Source: Elusimicrobiota bacterium | Lineage (GTDB): Bacteria; Elusimicrobiota; Elusimicrobia; UBA1565; UBA9628 | Length of the DNA: 64,000 nucleotides | Direction: 5' to 3' | NCBI GenBank assembly: GCA_033875325.1 | Contig: JANRKA010000071.1 | Location: forward strand, 73,371 to 137,370 | Shown: positions 24,860 to 33,136 of the stretch, piece after piece | Position numbering within the stretch: position 1 is the stretch's first letter | Layout of the letters: every line of letters begins with the position of its first letter | Program-made: the position numbers and the translations under genes | The notes under the pieces: model-generated | The model's input: the letters and a program-made list of their open reading frames with translations, nothing else | The model's database searches: none | What the model was told of the DNA's origin: nothing

Positions 24860-26881
24860 CTACGCCGATGCGTAGAGCGGCGCCGATCGCGGCTCGGCGG
24901 CGGCCGTCCGGGCGCGGTAGAGCCCCGGGGCTTCTTCGATGAGATCGAGCTCGCCGTCGCCGATGCGGGTAAGTGCGTTCGCGATCCGGCCCAAGACGGC
25001 TTCGGGCAGGGCGTAGCCGCCGAAGCGGACGGCGAGGGCGAGGTAGAAGCCGGAGTCCTCGAGCAGCAGTCCCGTGCGCGTCATGGCCTGAGCGAGAAGG
25101 GCGATCTCCGCCTCGCGCGCAGCGTCGCCGGAGGCCTCCAAGCGGGCGGCGACTGAGCGCAGCCCCTGGATCTGGTCGCAGGACTCGTAGACCTCGCGAG
25201 CAGTGCCCTTCATGAGCCACACGCGGGGCTCGCCACGGCCGCGCTGGTCCCAGACGAGGAGCCCCTCGGCGGTCTCTATGGAGATCATCTCGCTGTCGCG
25301 GTAGTCTCCGCACCAGGCTCGGACGGCGTCCTGCAGTGGACGGACGTAGCCGCGCGGGTCGCGGCCGTCGCGGTAGTCGAACGAGAAATAATAGGCGAGC
25401 CGATGACGCGACTCGTCGTCGAGCCCCGGGTACAGGTGGGCGTAGGAGGAGCGCGCCTTGACGTTCGAGAAGCCGAGCGCGCGCGACTGGTCGAAGTTAG
25501 GGCTGAAGCGGTCCAAGCGCAACTGCGCCGTGCTGCCGGGTGGAGGAAGATGGGTGAGCAGCGGAACCCAGCGCGCCATCTTCTCGTACTCGCCCGGATC
25601 TTCCCCGGGGAAGCCCCAGAGGATGTTCCAGTAAGGAATGATGTTGAGCTCCTTGCACCATTTGATGAGCTGCACGTTCTGGAGCCCGGTCGTGCCCTTG
25701 CGCATGAGCTTGAGGACGGCGCTGCTGAGGCTCTCGATGCCGGGCTGGATGCGGGAGATTCCCGCTTCGCGCATGAGGCGGAGCTGCTCCTTGCGCAGGT
25801 TGGCCTTCACCTCGTAGAACAAGTCGGTCTTGCCGCCCCGGTCGCGCAGGGCGGGCAGGAAGCGCTGGAAGTAGCTCATGTCGAGGATGTTGTCCACGAC
25901 CGAGACCTCGATGCCGGGATAACGGGCGAGCAGGCCGTCGAGCTCGGAGAGCGCCCGCTCCTGCGACTTGGAGCGGAAGGCCATGTTGGAGCTGTTGAGT
26001 CCGCAGAAAGTGCAGTGGGACTTCTGCCCCCACCAGCAGCCGCGCGAGGTCTCGAAGAGCAGGCGCAGGTCTTGCCCGAGGTCGAGGCCGCTCTCGCGGA
26101 GTTGGCCGAAGTAGTCGTCGTAATCGAGATGCGGCAGGTCGTCGAGAGACTTGGGGGAGGGGGCCGTCAGCCGCGTGCCCGCCGCAGGCTCGCGTTGGCA
26201 GGTCAGTTGGGTGAACACTCCAGGCAAGCCCTCGGGCGCCTCTCCCGTGAGCAGTTTCTCGACCAAGGCAGGGAAGGCGACCTCGCCTTCGCCCGAGACC
26301 ACGGCGTCCACGAAGGGGAAGTTACGCAGAAGCTCAAGGCCCATCACGCCCTCGACGTTGGCGCCTCCGAAGACGATCCGAACGCCGGGGTGCGCGGTCT
26401 TGATGCGGCGCGCCAGCGCCAAGGAGGCGACGTTCTGCTGGAAGATGCTCGTGAAGCCGACCACGGGGTAGCGCCCCCAGTCGATCTCGACCGCGCAGCT
26501 CTCGATGAATTCCGTCGCCCGCTCACGAGCCTGGAGGGCCTGGGAGAAGAGCGCGTCCGTCTCGGCGGAGCCCTTGCCGCCGGCGCGGAGCACGCCTTTG
26601 AGGTAAGCGTCCGCGTCCGTGCGGCCGGGGTTGAGCGACTCGGCGAAGATCCACTCGCCGAGCATGTCGGCCGAGTCGGGCTTGCCGGAGGTGATGTCGT
26701 TGTAGAGCTCGACGCCGACGGCCTTGGCGAACGGCAGCGTCAGGTACAGGCACTGGGAGCGGATGCCCTTGTCCTTGAGGCAGGCTTGGAGCAGCGACAG
26801 GCCGATCGAGGGCATGTTCAAGGGACCGAACGGCAGGCTGACCATCAGGACCTTCGCGTCGGGGTTCGTTTTGATCATCAC
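24860..26881 (-). CDS. B12-binding radical SAM enzyme, RiPP-maturation C-methyltransferase-like
   Basis: 673 aa. N-terminal B12-binding-like VLMVSLPFGPLNMPSIGLSLLQACL. Cluster motif SRGCWWGQKSHCTFCGLN. Long C-terminal extension. From memory this matches the family NCBI names RiPP maturation radical SAM C-methyltransferase (TIGR03975). Confidence 0.85.
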   Translation of the reverse strand: MMIKTNPDAKVLMVSLPFGPLNMPSIGLSLLQACLKDKGIRSQCLYLTLPFAKAVGVELYNDITSGKPDSADMLGEWIFAESLNPGRTDADAYLKGVLRAGGKGSAETDALFSQALQARERATEFIESCAVEIDWGRYPVVGFTSIFQQNVASLALARRIKTAHPGVRIVFGGANVEGVMGLELLRNFPFVDAVVSGEGEVAFPALVEKLLTGEAPEGLPGVFTQLTCQREPAAGTRLTAPSPKSLDDLPHLDYDDYFGQLRESGLDLGQDLRLLFETSRGCWWGQKSHCTFCGLNSSNMAFRSKSQERALSELDGLLARYPGIEVSVVDNILDMSYFQRFLPALRDRGGKTDLFYEVKANLRKEQLRLMREAGISRIQPGIESLSSAVLKLMRKGTTGLQNVQLIKWCKELNIIPYWNILWGFPGEDPGEYEKMARWVPLLTHLPPPGSTAQLRLDRFSPNFDQSRALGFSNVKARSSYAHLYPGLDDESRHRLAYYFSFDYRDGRDPRGYVRPLQDAVRAWCGDYRDSEMISIETAEGLLVWDQRGRGEPRVWLMKGTAREVYESCDQIQGLRSVAARLEASGDAAREAEIALLAQAMTRTGLLLEDSGFYLALAVRFGGYALPEAVLGRIANALTRIGDGELDLIEEAPGLYRARTAAAEPRSAPLYASA

Positions 26882-26946
26882 CCCCCGGTGATCAATTTAT
26901 ATGCTGTAGCACGGGGAAAGGGCGGACGGCGCCATGGAGGTGTCCT

Positions 26947-27288
26947 ATGTTCTGCGAGATCAAGAAGAACGAAACGAAAGTCGCGAACGACTGGTTCCGG
27001 CGCTGCGAGAAGGAGCGCATGCCCTACGTGGTCGTGACGCACCGGAAGAAGTATTCCGCGGTAGACTGGGACTACATCTCGTTGCCCAAGGCGGCGGACG
27101 CCAAGCTCGATGCCGCCTCACCCGCGCTGCTCGACCAGCTGCAGGAAGTGTTCCAGCGGCACGCGAGCCGGAAGTCGAAGGTTAATTTCTCGGCGAAGGT
27201 CGGGGGATTCGACAATCTGCTGCCCGATGAAGCGCGAGCCGCAGCACGGGAAGTATTCCAGGTCCTACAGGCGACCCAGGCTTCGTGA
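26947..27288 (+). CDS. hypothetical protein, first gene of the sigma-54 module
   Basis: 113 aa. GGAGGTG Shine-Dalgarno. Its stop overlaps the GTG start of the activator gene (GTGA). Confidence 0.5.
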   Translation: MFCEIKKNETKVANDWFRRCEKERMPYVVVTHRKKYSAVDWDYISLPKAADAKLDAASPALLDQLQEVFQRHASRKSKVNFSAKVGGFDNLLPDEARAAAREVFQVLQATQAS

Positions 27289-28646
27289 CTAGAAAACTCA
27301 AAATCCTCATCGTCGAGGACGATCCGCTTTCCCGCAAGCTCGTGGAAGGGGAGCTGCGCGGCCACGCCGTGGACTTCGCCGTCGACCTGGCCTCCGGACG
27401 CAAGAAGATCGCAGCGGGCGGGCACGACATCTGCTTTATCGACCTTAAGCTCGGCGACAAGGACGCGGCGTCCGGCCTCGAACTCGTCCCCTTGGCGGCT
27501 AAGTCCGGGGCCTACTGCGTGGTCATGTCGGCGCATGACTCCGACGCCGTCGTGCAGAAAGCCTACGAGCTCGGCTGCGACGACTTCTACGCCAAGGGCA
27601 ACGAAGAGGAGAACGTGAGCTCGGTCGTGGCGCGCTTCCTGCGCAAGCGGCCCGAGGAAGGCGAAGACCGGCTGTTCAAGGACCTCTTCGTCACCGAGGA
27701 CGCGGCTACCAAGGTCGCAGTCGGCGAAGCCCTCAAGTACGCCGCCTCGGACGTGCCGATCATGATCCTCGGCCCTTCCGGGACGGGCAAGACGAGTTTA
27801 GCCGAGGTCATTCATGGGCGCTCCGGGCGCAGGGGGGCGTTCGTCGCCATGAACTGCGCGGACTACGCGACCGAGGACATGCTCGAGATCGAGCTCTTCG
27901 GCTACCGCAAGGGCGCCTTCACCGGCGCGGGAGATGGGCGCAAGGGCAAGCTGCTCCTGGCGGACGGGGGAACGCTGTTCCTGGACGAGATCGGCTCTAT
28001 GAGCCCGGCCATGCAGAGCCGCCTTCTCAAGGCCATCGAGGAGCGCTCGTTTTATCCCGTCGGTTCCGACAGCTTGGTGAAGTCGCGTTTCCGCGTCATC
28101 AGCGCCACTTTGGAGAACCCGCAATCTTTGGTCAAACGTGGGCGCATGCGCTTCGACCTGCTCCAGCGCGTCCAGGGCTTGACGATCGAGCTCAAGCCAC
28201 TGGCGCGCCGCAAGGACGACGTCCTCCCGCTCATCGCCTTCTTCACCCGGAAGGGCCGCCGGCTCGCCTTCGCGGATGACGCCAAAGAGCTTCTGCTGCG
28301 CCACGAGTGGCCGGGAAACGTGCGCGAGCTCAAGAAGTTCGTCGAGCTCGCGGTCGCAGGCGAACCTGGCCGGGTCACGGCCGACGCCGCGCGGCGGGTC
28401 CTGGCGCTGACCCGAGCCGCAGAGTCGTCCGACGGCTTCCTCACCGAGACTCAGTATCGCGAGGCGCTATCGGAGGGGCTTTCCGCCGCCGTCGCCCGCT
28501 TCGAGGGCGAGGCCATCCGGCGCAGCTTGGCTGAGAACGCCGGACGCAAGGACAAGGCCGCTCAGGATCTGCGCATCGCGGCGAAAGTGATCGACGCACA
28601 CCTCAAGCGCTCGGATGGGCCGGGAGGCCGCACCGATGGCGACTGA
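27285..28646 (+). CDS. sigma-54-dependent response regulator (NtrC family: receiver + AAA+ + C-terminal HTH)
   Basis: KILIVEDDPLSR...ICFIDLKLGD. Walker A GPSGTGKTSLAE. GAFTGA loop in YRKGAFTGAG. TLFLDEIG. WPGNVRELKKFVE. Confidence 0.9.
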   Translation: MTRKLKILIVEDDPLSRKLVEGELRGHAVDFAVDLASGRKKIAAGGHDICFIDLKLGDKDAASGLELVPLAAKSGAYCVVMSAHDSDAVVQKAYELGCDDFYAKGNEEENVSSVVARFLRKRPEEGEDRLFKDLFVTEDAATKVAVGEALKYAASDVPIMILGPSGTGKTSLAEVIHGRSGRRGAFVAMNCADYATEDMLEIELFGYRKGAFTGAGDGRKGKLLLADGGTLFLDEIGSMSPAMQSRLLKAIEERSFYPVGSDSLVKSRFRVISATLENPQSLVKRGRMRFDLLQRVQGLTIELKPLARRKDDVLPLIAFFTRKGRRLAFADDAKELLLRHEWPGNVRELKKFVELAVAGEPGRVTADAARRVLALTRAAESSDGFLTETQYREALSEGLSAAVARFEGEAIRRSLAENAGRKDKAAQDLRIAAKVIDAHLKRSDGPGGRTDGD

Positions 28647-28845
28647 CCCCAAGACCGGATTGGCCGACCTGCGTCACGAGGTGATCGCCAAGTGCGGCAA
28701 CCTCAAGACGGCCGTGGGCCAGCTCACCGGCGAGGCCACGGCGTCACAGATCGAGCTCGCGGAGCTGATGAAAGAGCAGGCGCGCTACCTTTCAGAGAGG
28801 ATCTCCGCCTACGCTGCGGCCCTGAACGCCAGTAAACGCCGATGA
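28636..28845 (+). CDS. small helical hypothetical protein
   Basis: MATDPKTGLADLRHEVIAKCGNL... (69 aa), in the frame of track ORF 28615..28845. ATGA overlap with the downstream sigma-54-like gene. Confidence 0.4.
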   Translation: MATDPKTGLADLRHEVIAKCGNLKTAVGQLTGEATASQIELAELMKEQARYLSERISAYAAALNASKRR

Positions 28846-29897
28846 GGTCGCGGACCGGGACCTCCACGCGCTCAAGCGTGCAGGTCGGCATCAAGCTGGC
28901 GCGCCTGCTGGAACTGCCGGAGGAGGAGTTCGCGGGGCGCGTGCGCGAGCTGGAAGCCGACGTCTTATTCCGACGGCTCGTTCACGCCAAGGTGATCTCG
29001 GTGCAGCCGTATTCCGGAGCCTCCTTCATGGCCCGTCGCTTCGGCGGTTGGGGGCTGAGCACGGCGACGGACGGCGTGCCGGAAGCACTCCAGGGTCAGG
29101 GCGACCTGGCGCGGCTCCTTCAGCGCGTCGGGGAGAAGCGGTTCGAGGAATACTTCCTCCGCGACGAGGGCTATTCGGACGAGGAGCGCGCGCGCCTGTG
29201 CGGGGTGGCGAAGGAAGAGGCCGGGCGCCTGCGCGAGCTGGTCAACAGCCTCTATATTCAGGCGGAGTTCGACGGCTCCGCGTCCACGCCCGCGCCGCCC
29301 AAGACCTACAGCGCCGTCGCCGGAGTCACGGTGGAGGGGGGCAAGGCCGTTCTCGGCTTCTTCAACCGCCAGATTTGGAAGGGACGCTACCAAGTGGACG
29401 AGGAGCGCAGTCGCCGGATGCTGGACTCCCTGCCCGCATCAGAGGCGCGCCGACTAGCCGGTTTCCTGCGTGACCTCGGCCTCCTTGAGCGGCGCAAGAG
29501 CACCCTCTACCGGGTGCTGGAGGCGCTCATCGAGGAGCAGGCCGAGTTCTTCCAGAGCGGCGACCCGGGCCGCCGCCGCGCCATAACCCAACGCGAGTTG
29601 GCCGACAAGCTCGACGTGACGCCGAGCGTGCTCAACCGCCTCATCTCCAACAAGTCGGTGCAGCTTCCCTGGGGCCTCGACGCACCGATGAAGACCTTCC
29701 TACCCAGCCGGAAGTCCTTGATCCGCGACCGTCTCCACGAACTTATCCGCGAGTTCCCCGACGCAACCGATGAGATACTGGGCCGCAAGATCGACCGCTT
29801 GTATGGGGTCGCGCTCTCCGCGCGTTCTATCGCGCAGTATCGCGCCGAGCTCGGCCTCGGCAACATGCGCAAGCGTCGGAAATCGACGGCTATCTAA
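28842..29897 (+). CDS. compact sigma-54 (RpoN)-like factor, 351 aa
   Basis: C-terminal half is RpoN-like: ...RRKSTLYRVLEALIEEQAEFFQSGDPGRRRAITQRELADKLDVTPSVLNRLISNKSVQLPWG...MKTFLP. RpoN-box-like LSARSIAQYRAELGL. The N-terminus lacks the long Gln/Leu-rich region I. Confidence 0.7.
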   Translation: MRSRTGTSTRSSVQVGIKLARLLELPEEEFAGRVRELEADVLFRRLVHAKVISVQPYSGASFMARRFGGWGLSTATDGVPEALQGQGDLARLLQRVGEKRFEEYFLRDEGYSDEERARLCGVAKEEAGRLRELVNSLYIQAEFDGSASTPAPPKTYSAVAGVTVEGGKAVLGFFNRQIWKGRYQVDEERSRRMLDSLPASEARRLAGFLRDLGLLERRKSTLYRVLEALIEEQAEFFQSGDPGRRRAITQRELADKLDVTPSVLNRLISNKSVQLPWGLDAPMKTFLPSRKSLIRDRLHELIREFPDATDEILGRKIDRLYGVALSARSIAQYRAELGLGNMRKRRKSTAI

Positions 29898-29916
29898 GCC
29901 GAGGGGCGGCATCTGT

Positions 29917-30600
29917 TCAGGCAGCGGCGTCTTCGGTATCCGAAAGGCCGATGAATTCTTTGAGGCCTGGCGCCAGCTTTACCAGGTCGACGAATCGGAC
30001 CACGCCTTCGTTCGCCGCATGGTATTCGCCTACCGTGGAGAACCGAGTCCCGTAGAGTTTCTTGAAATCGGCCGCGAGGTGCGCATTCTTATCAAGCATC
30101 CGCACGGAGTTGCTCCTGCCTTTCAAGAAGCGCAAAGGGATTTCGACGTTCAGTAAGTAGAAGAACCTCGACTTCTCGGTGCGCTCCCGAACCAGCTTGA
30201 AGTAGTCCTCGAAAAACGACTTTTTCCGGACGGATTCGCCGCTCCCTCCTTGCCAATAGATGAACTTGAATTCAGCGATCCGGTTGCTCGTCACAAGGTC
30301 AAAATCACTTCCTGCATTGCCTGCGCCGAGTGAGGCGCTCAGGATTGTCTCTCCGGGTTCTAGAATATAGGGGAGGGAATAGAGGATTCCCGCTGAGTGT
30401 ATAACGACGTCAATCTGGGCGCTGGCTTTCTTGACGGACGCCGCCGCCGACATCAGACTCCGATCTATTCCGGCGCGCGCATTCTGGGCCCGGATGTTCT
30501 CCAGGGAAGCCCCTCGTACCTGCGCCTCAAGTTGCGCGATCCTCTCCGTGAGGGATACGCCTTTGAACTGCGCGACACGCTGAAGGGCATCTTCCAGCAT
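29917..30600 (-). CDS. hypothetical protein with PD-(D/E)XK nuclease-like motif
   Basis: 227 aa in a visibly lower-G+C stretch. GSDFDLVTSNRIAEFKF fits D-x(n)-E-x-K. No methyltransferase is adjacent. Confidence 0.4.
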   Translation of the reverse strand: MLEDALQRVAQFKGVSLTERIAQLEAQVRGASLENIRAQNARAGIDRSLMSAAASVKKASAQIDVVIHSAGILYSLPYILEPGETILSASLGAGNAGSDFDLVTSNRIAEFKFIYWQGGSGESVRKKSFFEDYFKLVRERTEKSRFFYLLNVEIPLRFLKGRSNSVRMLDKNAHLAADFKKLYGTRFSTVGEYHAANEGVVRFVDLVKLAPGLKEFIGLSDTEDAAA

Positions 30601-30892
30601 TCCGAATGATTGTAATCGGGATTCCGCCGCTTCGCCAGTCGCGCGAACCGCATGAAAATTGATCCTCGCTCAGCGTCAGGGTGACGCGCTTCGGGACTCG
30701 TCGTCCCGATAAGAGCGAGGGTGAACTCCCCGGCTCCCGAAGAGGGAGACGCCGCCCGCCCCCTGGGGTAACCCAGGCTTGGCGGGTCGGCCACGAGCGC
30801 GGTTCTGCCAGGGCGCATCCGGCGAAGCCGGACGCCTCAACCGACCGCTGAGCCCACCGAGAACCGGACGCCAGTGAAGGGATGGTGCCTTC

Positions 30893-31609
30893 ATGGCCCA
30901 CACGCACGCCGTCGTCTCCTCCGCCGTTTCCGACCGCCAGGACGTCGAGCTCGCCCACCGCGCCGCCGCGCTCCTGCTCCGCCTCAAGCCCAGCCTCGAT
31001 CTCGAGGACGTCGTCCATGAACTGCTCGACCGCCAGCGCGCGGAGAGACTCGCGCGCGAGGCGCGGGGCCTCAACCATTGGGAGGCGCACGCCCCGATGC
31101 TCCTCGCCAAGCTGGTCCGCCGGGAGCGCTCGCGGCGCCTGCTGCGCCTCCATGAAGCCGAGACCTTTTATAGAGCCCGGCATCGTGAGGCTGTGCGCTT
31201 CGCCCTCGTCATCCTGGGCGACGCAGCGGCGGCGGAGGCCGTCGTCTCCGACACCTATCGCGAACTGCTGGATGGCCGCGCGACCATCCCGGGCTTCTTC
31301 ACCGCGCTCGTCTGCAACGCCCGGAACTACCTGGAGGCCGAGGGCTATCGGCGGGACCGATTCGTGCCGCAGGAAGAGGTCTTCGCGCCGGATCTCGGCG
31401 CGGAAAAGGACGCGGAGGGGAGCGATTCCTTCTCGTTCGAACCCCTCTCTCATCGCGCCGAGGACCAGGACCCACTCGACATCTTGATCGCCCGTGAGGA
31501 GCAAGTCGCTCATCAGAGGCAGGTGTCGGCGGCGCGGAAAGACCCACGCTGGCGCTACATCAAGCGCCGGGATTGGGCGGCCCCGCTGCTGGGTCCTGTG
31601 CGGAATTGA
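30893..31609 (+). CDS. hypothetical protein with sigma-70 region-2-like segment
   Basis: 238 aa. FYRARHREAVRFALVILGDAAAAEAVVSDTYRELL resembles ECF region 2. No region 4 seen. Confidence 0.35.
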   Translation: MAHTHAVVSSAVSDRQDVELAHRAAALLLRLKPSLDLEDVVHELLDRQRAERLAREARGLNHWEAHAPMLLAKLVRRERSRRLLRLHEAETFYRARHREAVRFALVILGDAAAAEAVVSDTYRELLDGRATIPGFFTALVCNARNYLEAEGYRRDRFVPQEEVFAPDLGAEKDAEGSDSFSFEPLSHRAEDQDPLDILIAREEQVAHQRQVSAARKDPRWRYIKRRDWAAPLLGPVRN

Positions 31610-31747
31610 CCGGCTCGCCGGATAGGTAAGTGCCGGGTCGATTTGCGGGCAGCCGGGTCGCCAGTCCGAACGAAACCGGGGAGCAAGCTTCCCCACCTGC
31701 CCAGCAGTTTGACCCTCAAGACCGAAGGTCGGAAAGGAGAGACGAGC

Positions 31748-31960
31748 ATGGACGAGCCCACGGAATCCGCAGGCGCCGGACGCGGCGGCCGGCCGCCCAA
31801 GACGGTCGCGATCATGGTGAACCTGCCGGTGGCGGACCATGAAACCCTCGCCAAGGCGGGCATCAGGAAGATGCGCCAGACCGGTGAGGACGTGGCGCGC
31901 GACCGGCTGATCTCCGAGGCGATCCAGCACTACGCCAAGAGCCTGAGCGCGGCGGAGTAG
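31748..31960 (+). CDS. small ribbon-helix-helix (CopG/MetJ-like) protein, candidate relaxosome accessory factor
   Basis: ATG 31748 preceded by GGAAAGGAGA. GRPPKTVAIMVNLPVADHETLAKAG...RLISEAIQHYAKSL fits a strand-helix-helix pattern. Internal start of track ORF 31643..31960. Confidence 0.5.
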   Translation: MDEPTESAGAGRGGRPPKTVAIMVNLPVADHETLAKAGIRKMRQTGEDVARDRLISEAIQHYAKSLSAAE

Positions 31961-32036
31961 GCAAAGCACTCCTCGGGCAGGTGCTCGGGCATGTCCGAGG
32001 GGGGAGGAAGAAAGGGCGGAAGCGGGAAAGCACGGA

Positions 32037-32169
32037 TTTTGCTGCCAAAGGTTGCCCTCTTCGTCCGCGCCGTTGGCGCGTTCGCCTCCTGACCCCTCCC
32101 TCCCAACCAACTGAAAAAGAGTGGTTGTGATGAAGGGGTCAGGAGGACAGAGGGCAAGAGGCAGCAAAA
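32037..32169. other. compound palindrome (three-way-junction-like), candidate oriT
   Basis: Paired arms: TTTTGCTGCC 32037-46 with GGCAGCAAAA 32160-69; GCCCTCT 32054-60 with AGAGGGC 32149-55; CCTCCTGACCCCT 32085-97 with AGGGGTCAGGAGG 32134-46; CAACCA 32104-09 with TGGTTG 32122-27. Inserted hairpin GCGCC-GTT-GGCGC at 32067-79. Confidence 0.4.
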
Positions 32170-32319
32170 AGAGAAAGAGAGAAAAAACAACAACAGCAAC
32201 AACAACGGAAACGGAGAACAGAAACAGCAAACGGAGAACGGAAAGGAAAAACAGAAGGGAAGGACGGAAAGAAGAGAAGACTAAGAACGGAAAAACTGAA
32301 ACAGGAAGACAGAGGAAAC
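32141..32319 (+). repeat. T-depleted A/G-rich low-complexity tract
   Basis: By my count only two T residues (32282, 32297) in 179 nt. AAACGGAGAAC occurs twice, 20 nt apart (32209-19 and 32229-39). Confidence 0.9.
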
Positions 32320-32323
32320 TCGA

Positions 32324-33136
32324 TTGGCGATGAAGACGACGGCAGACATTCGGCGCGGAGAAATCCAGCTCACGGCGCGGGACCTCAAGATGCTCGCGGC
32401 GCTCGAGAAGTGGATCGTGCTCGGCATCGGCCAGATGGTGGGGCTGGGCCTGGAGCCGACGCTGGAGAAAGCCGAACTCATCGAGCGCTTCTTCAACAAG
32501 ATGGAGCGCGAGGACTACAAGCTCGGCGTCTTCAACCGCGTCCACGCGCTGGAGGCCCAGGGCTATATCCAAGGTCATTCCTTCCTGCGCCAGCCGAAGG
32601 CGTACACGCTTACCGAGCGGGGCTACAACGCGTTGCGAGACGAGCCGGTCGAGCAGCGCCCCGAGATCCGCGACTTCGTGAGCGAGGCCCTGATCCGCCA
32701 CGAGCTGAAGGTCTCGGCCGTGGGCCTGGTCCTCACGGAAGTCCTCGGACTTCCCGGCGCCCGCCAGCACCCGAAGGCCGTGTGGACGCACGCGGGCGGT
32801 CGCCGTCGCCTCGTGGTCGAGGGGGCCTCCGATCTCTGGATCGAGGGTGCCGAGCCCAAGGCGATCGAGGTCGAGCTGACCCAGAAGTCCAAGGGGCGGT
32901 ATGAAGAGATTTTCGAGACCTACCGCCGCCGCCTGACGCGCGGCGGCGTGGTCCTCTACCTCACGGGCTGGCCGGGCGGGGCGGCCGTCATCCTTAAGAA
33001 CGCCCGCGCGCTGCGCGCGCCCTTCGTCTATGCCTGCGGCCTGGAGGAGTTCCGCCTGGCGGCGGGCCGCTGCGTCTTCCAAGGCGCGGTCGAGAGCCGC
33101 GCCATCTCTCTCGGCACGGCGGAGGCCGCGCGATGA
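32324..33136 (+). CDS. replication-relaxation-like protein (winged-helix N-terminus), candidate non-canonical relaxase
   Basis: 270 aa. LTARDLKMLAALEKWIVLGIGQM and ...IRHELKVSAVGLVL... resemble the Replic_Relax family as I remember it. Sits between the oriT-like region and the coupling protein gene. Confidence 0.4.
   Translation: MAMKTTADIRRGEIQLTARDLKMLAALEKWIVLGIGQMVGLGLEPTLEKAELIERFFNKMEREDYKLGVFNRVHALEAQGYIQGHSFLRQPKAYTLTERGYNALRDEPVEQRPEIRDFVSEALIRHELKVSAVGLVLTEVLGLPGARQHPKAVWTHAGGRRRLVVEGASDLWIEGAEPKAIEVELTQKSKGRYEEIFETYRRRLTRGGVVLYLTGWPGGAAVILKNARALRAPFVYACGLEEFRLAAGRCVFQGAVESRAISLGTAEAAR

Noticed and set aside
24690-25313. 207-aa track ORF overlapping the 3' end of the radical SAM gene
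   Set aside because: It is Arg/Pro/Gly-rich and overlaps a strongly supported gene. Only its last 46 codons, which have their own SD and ATG, look real.
30601-30700. Search for a tRNA or tmRNA gene as the ICE integration target at either suspected boundary (about 30.6 kb and 48.8 kb)
   Set aside because: I found no T-arm-like GGTTCGAATCC-type sequence or cloverleaf. The nearest resemblance (GCGGTTCGCGCG on the minus strand near 30640) lacks the rest of a tRNA.
32121-32333. 70-aa Lys/Arg/Glu/Thr-rich ORF over the purine tract
   Set aside because: Its composition is dictated by the A/G-rich DNA. It starts inside the palindrome arm and has no ribosome-binding site. I treated it as non-coding, although a tiny basic protein cannot be strictly excluded.
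30527-33082. 851-aa minus-strand ORF spanning several plus-strand genes and intergenic regions
   Set aside because: It crosses the hairpin-rich spacer, the RHH gene, the palindrome and the T-depleted tract. The last of these cannot encode minus-strand stops. Its sequence is low-complexity, so it is an artefact.
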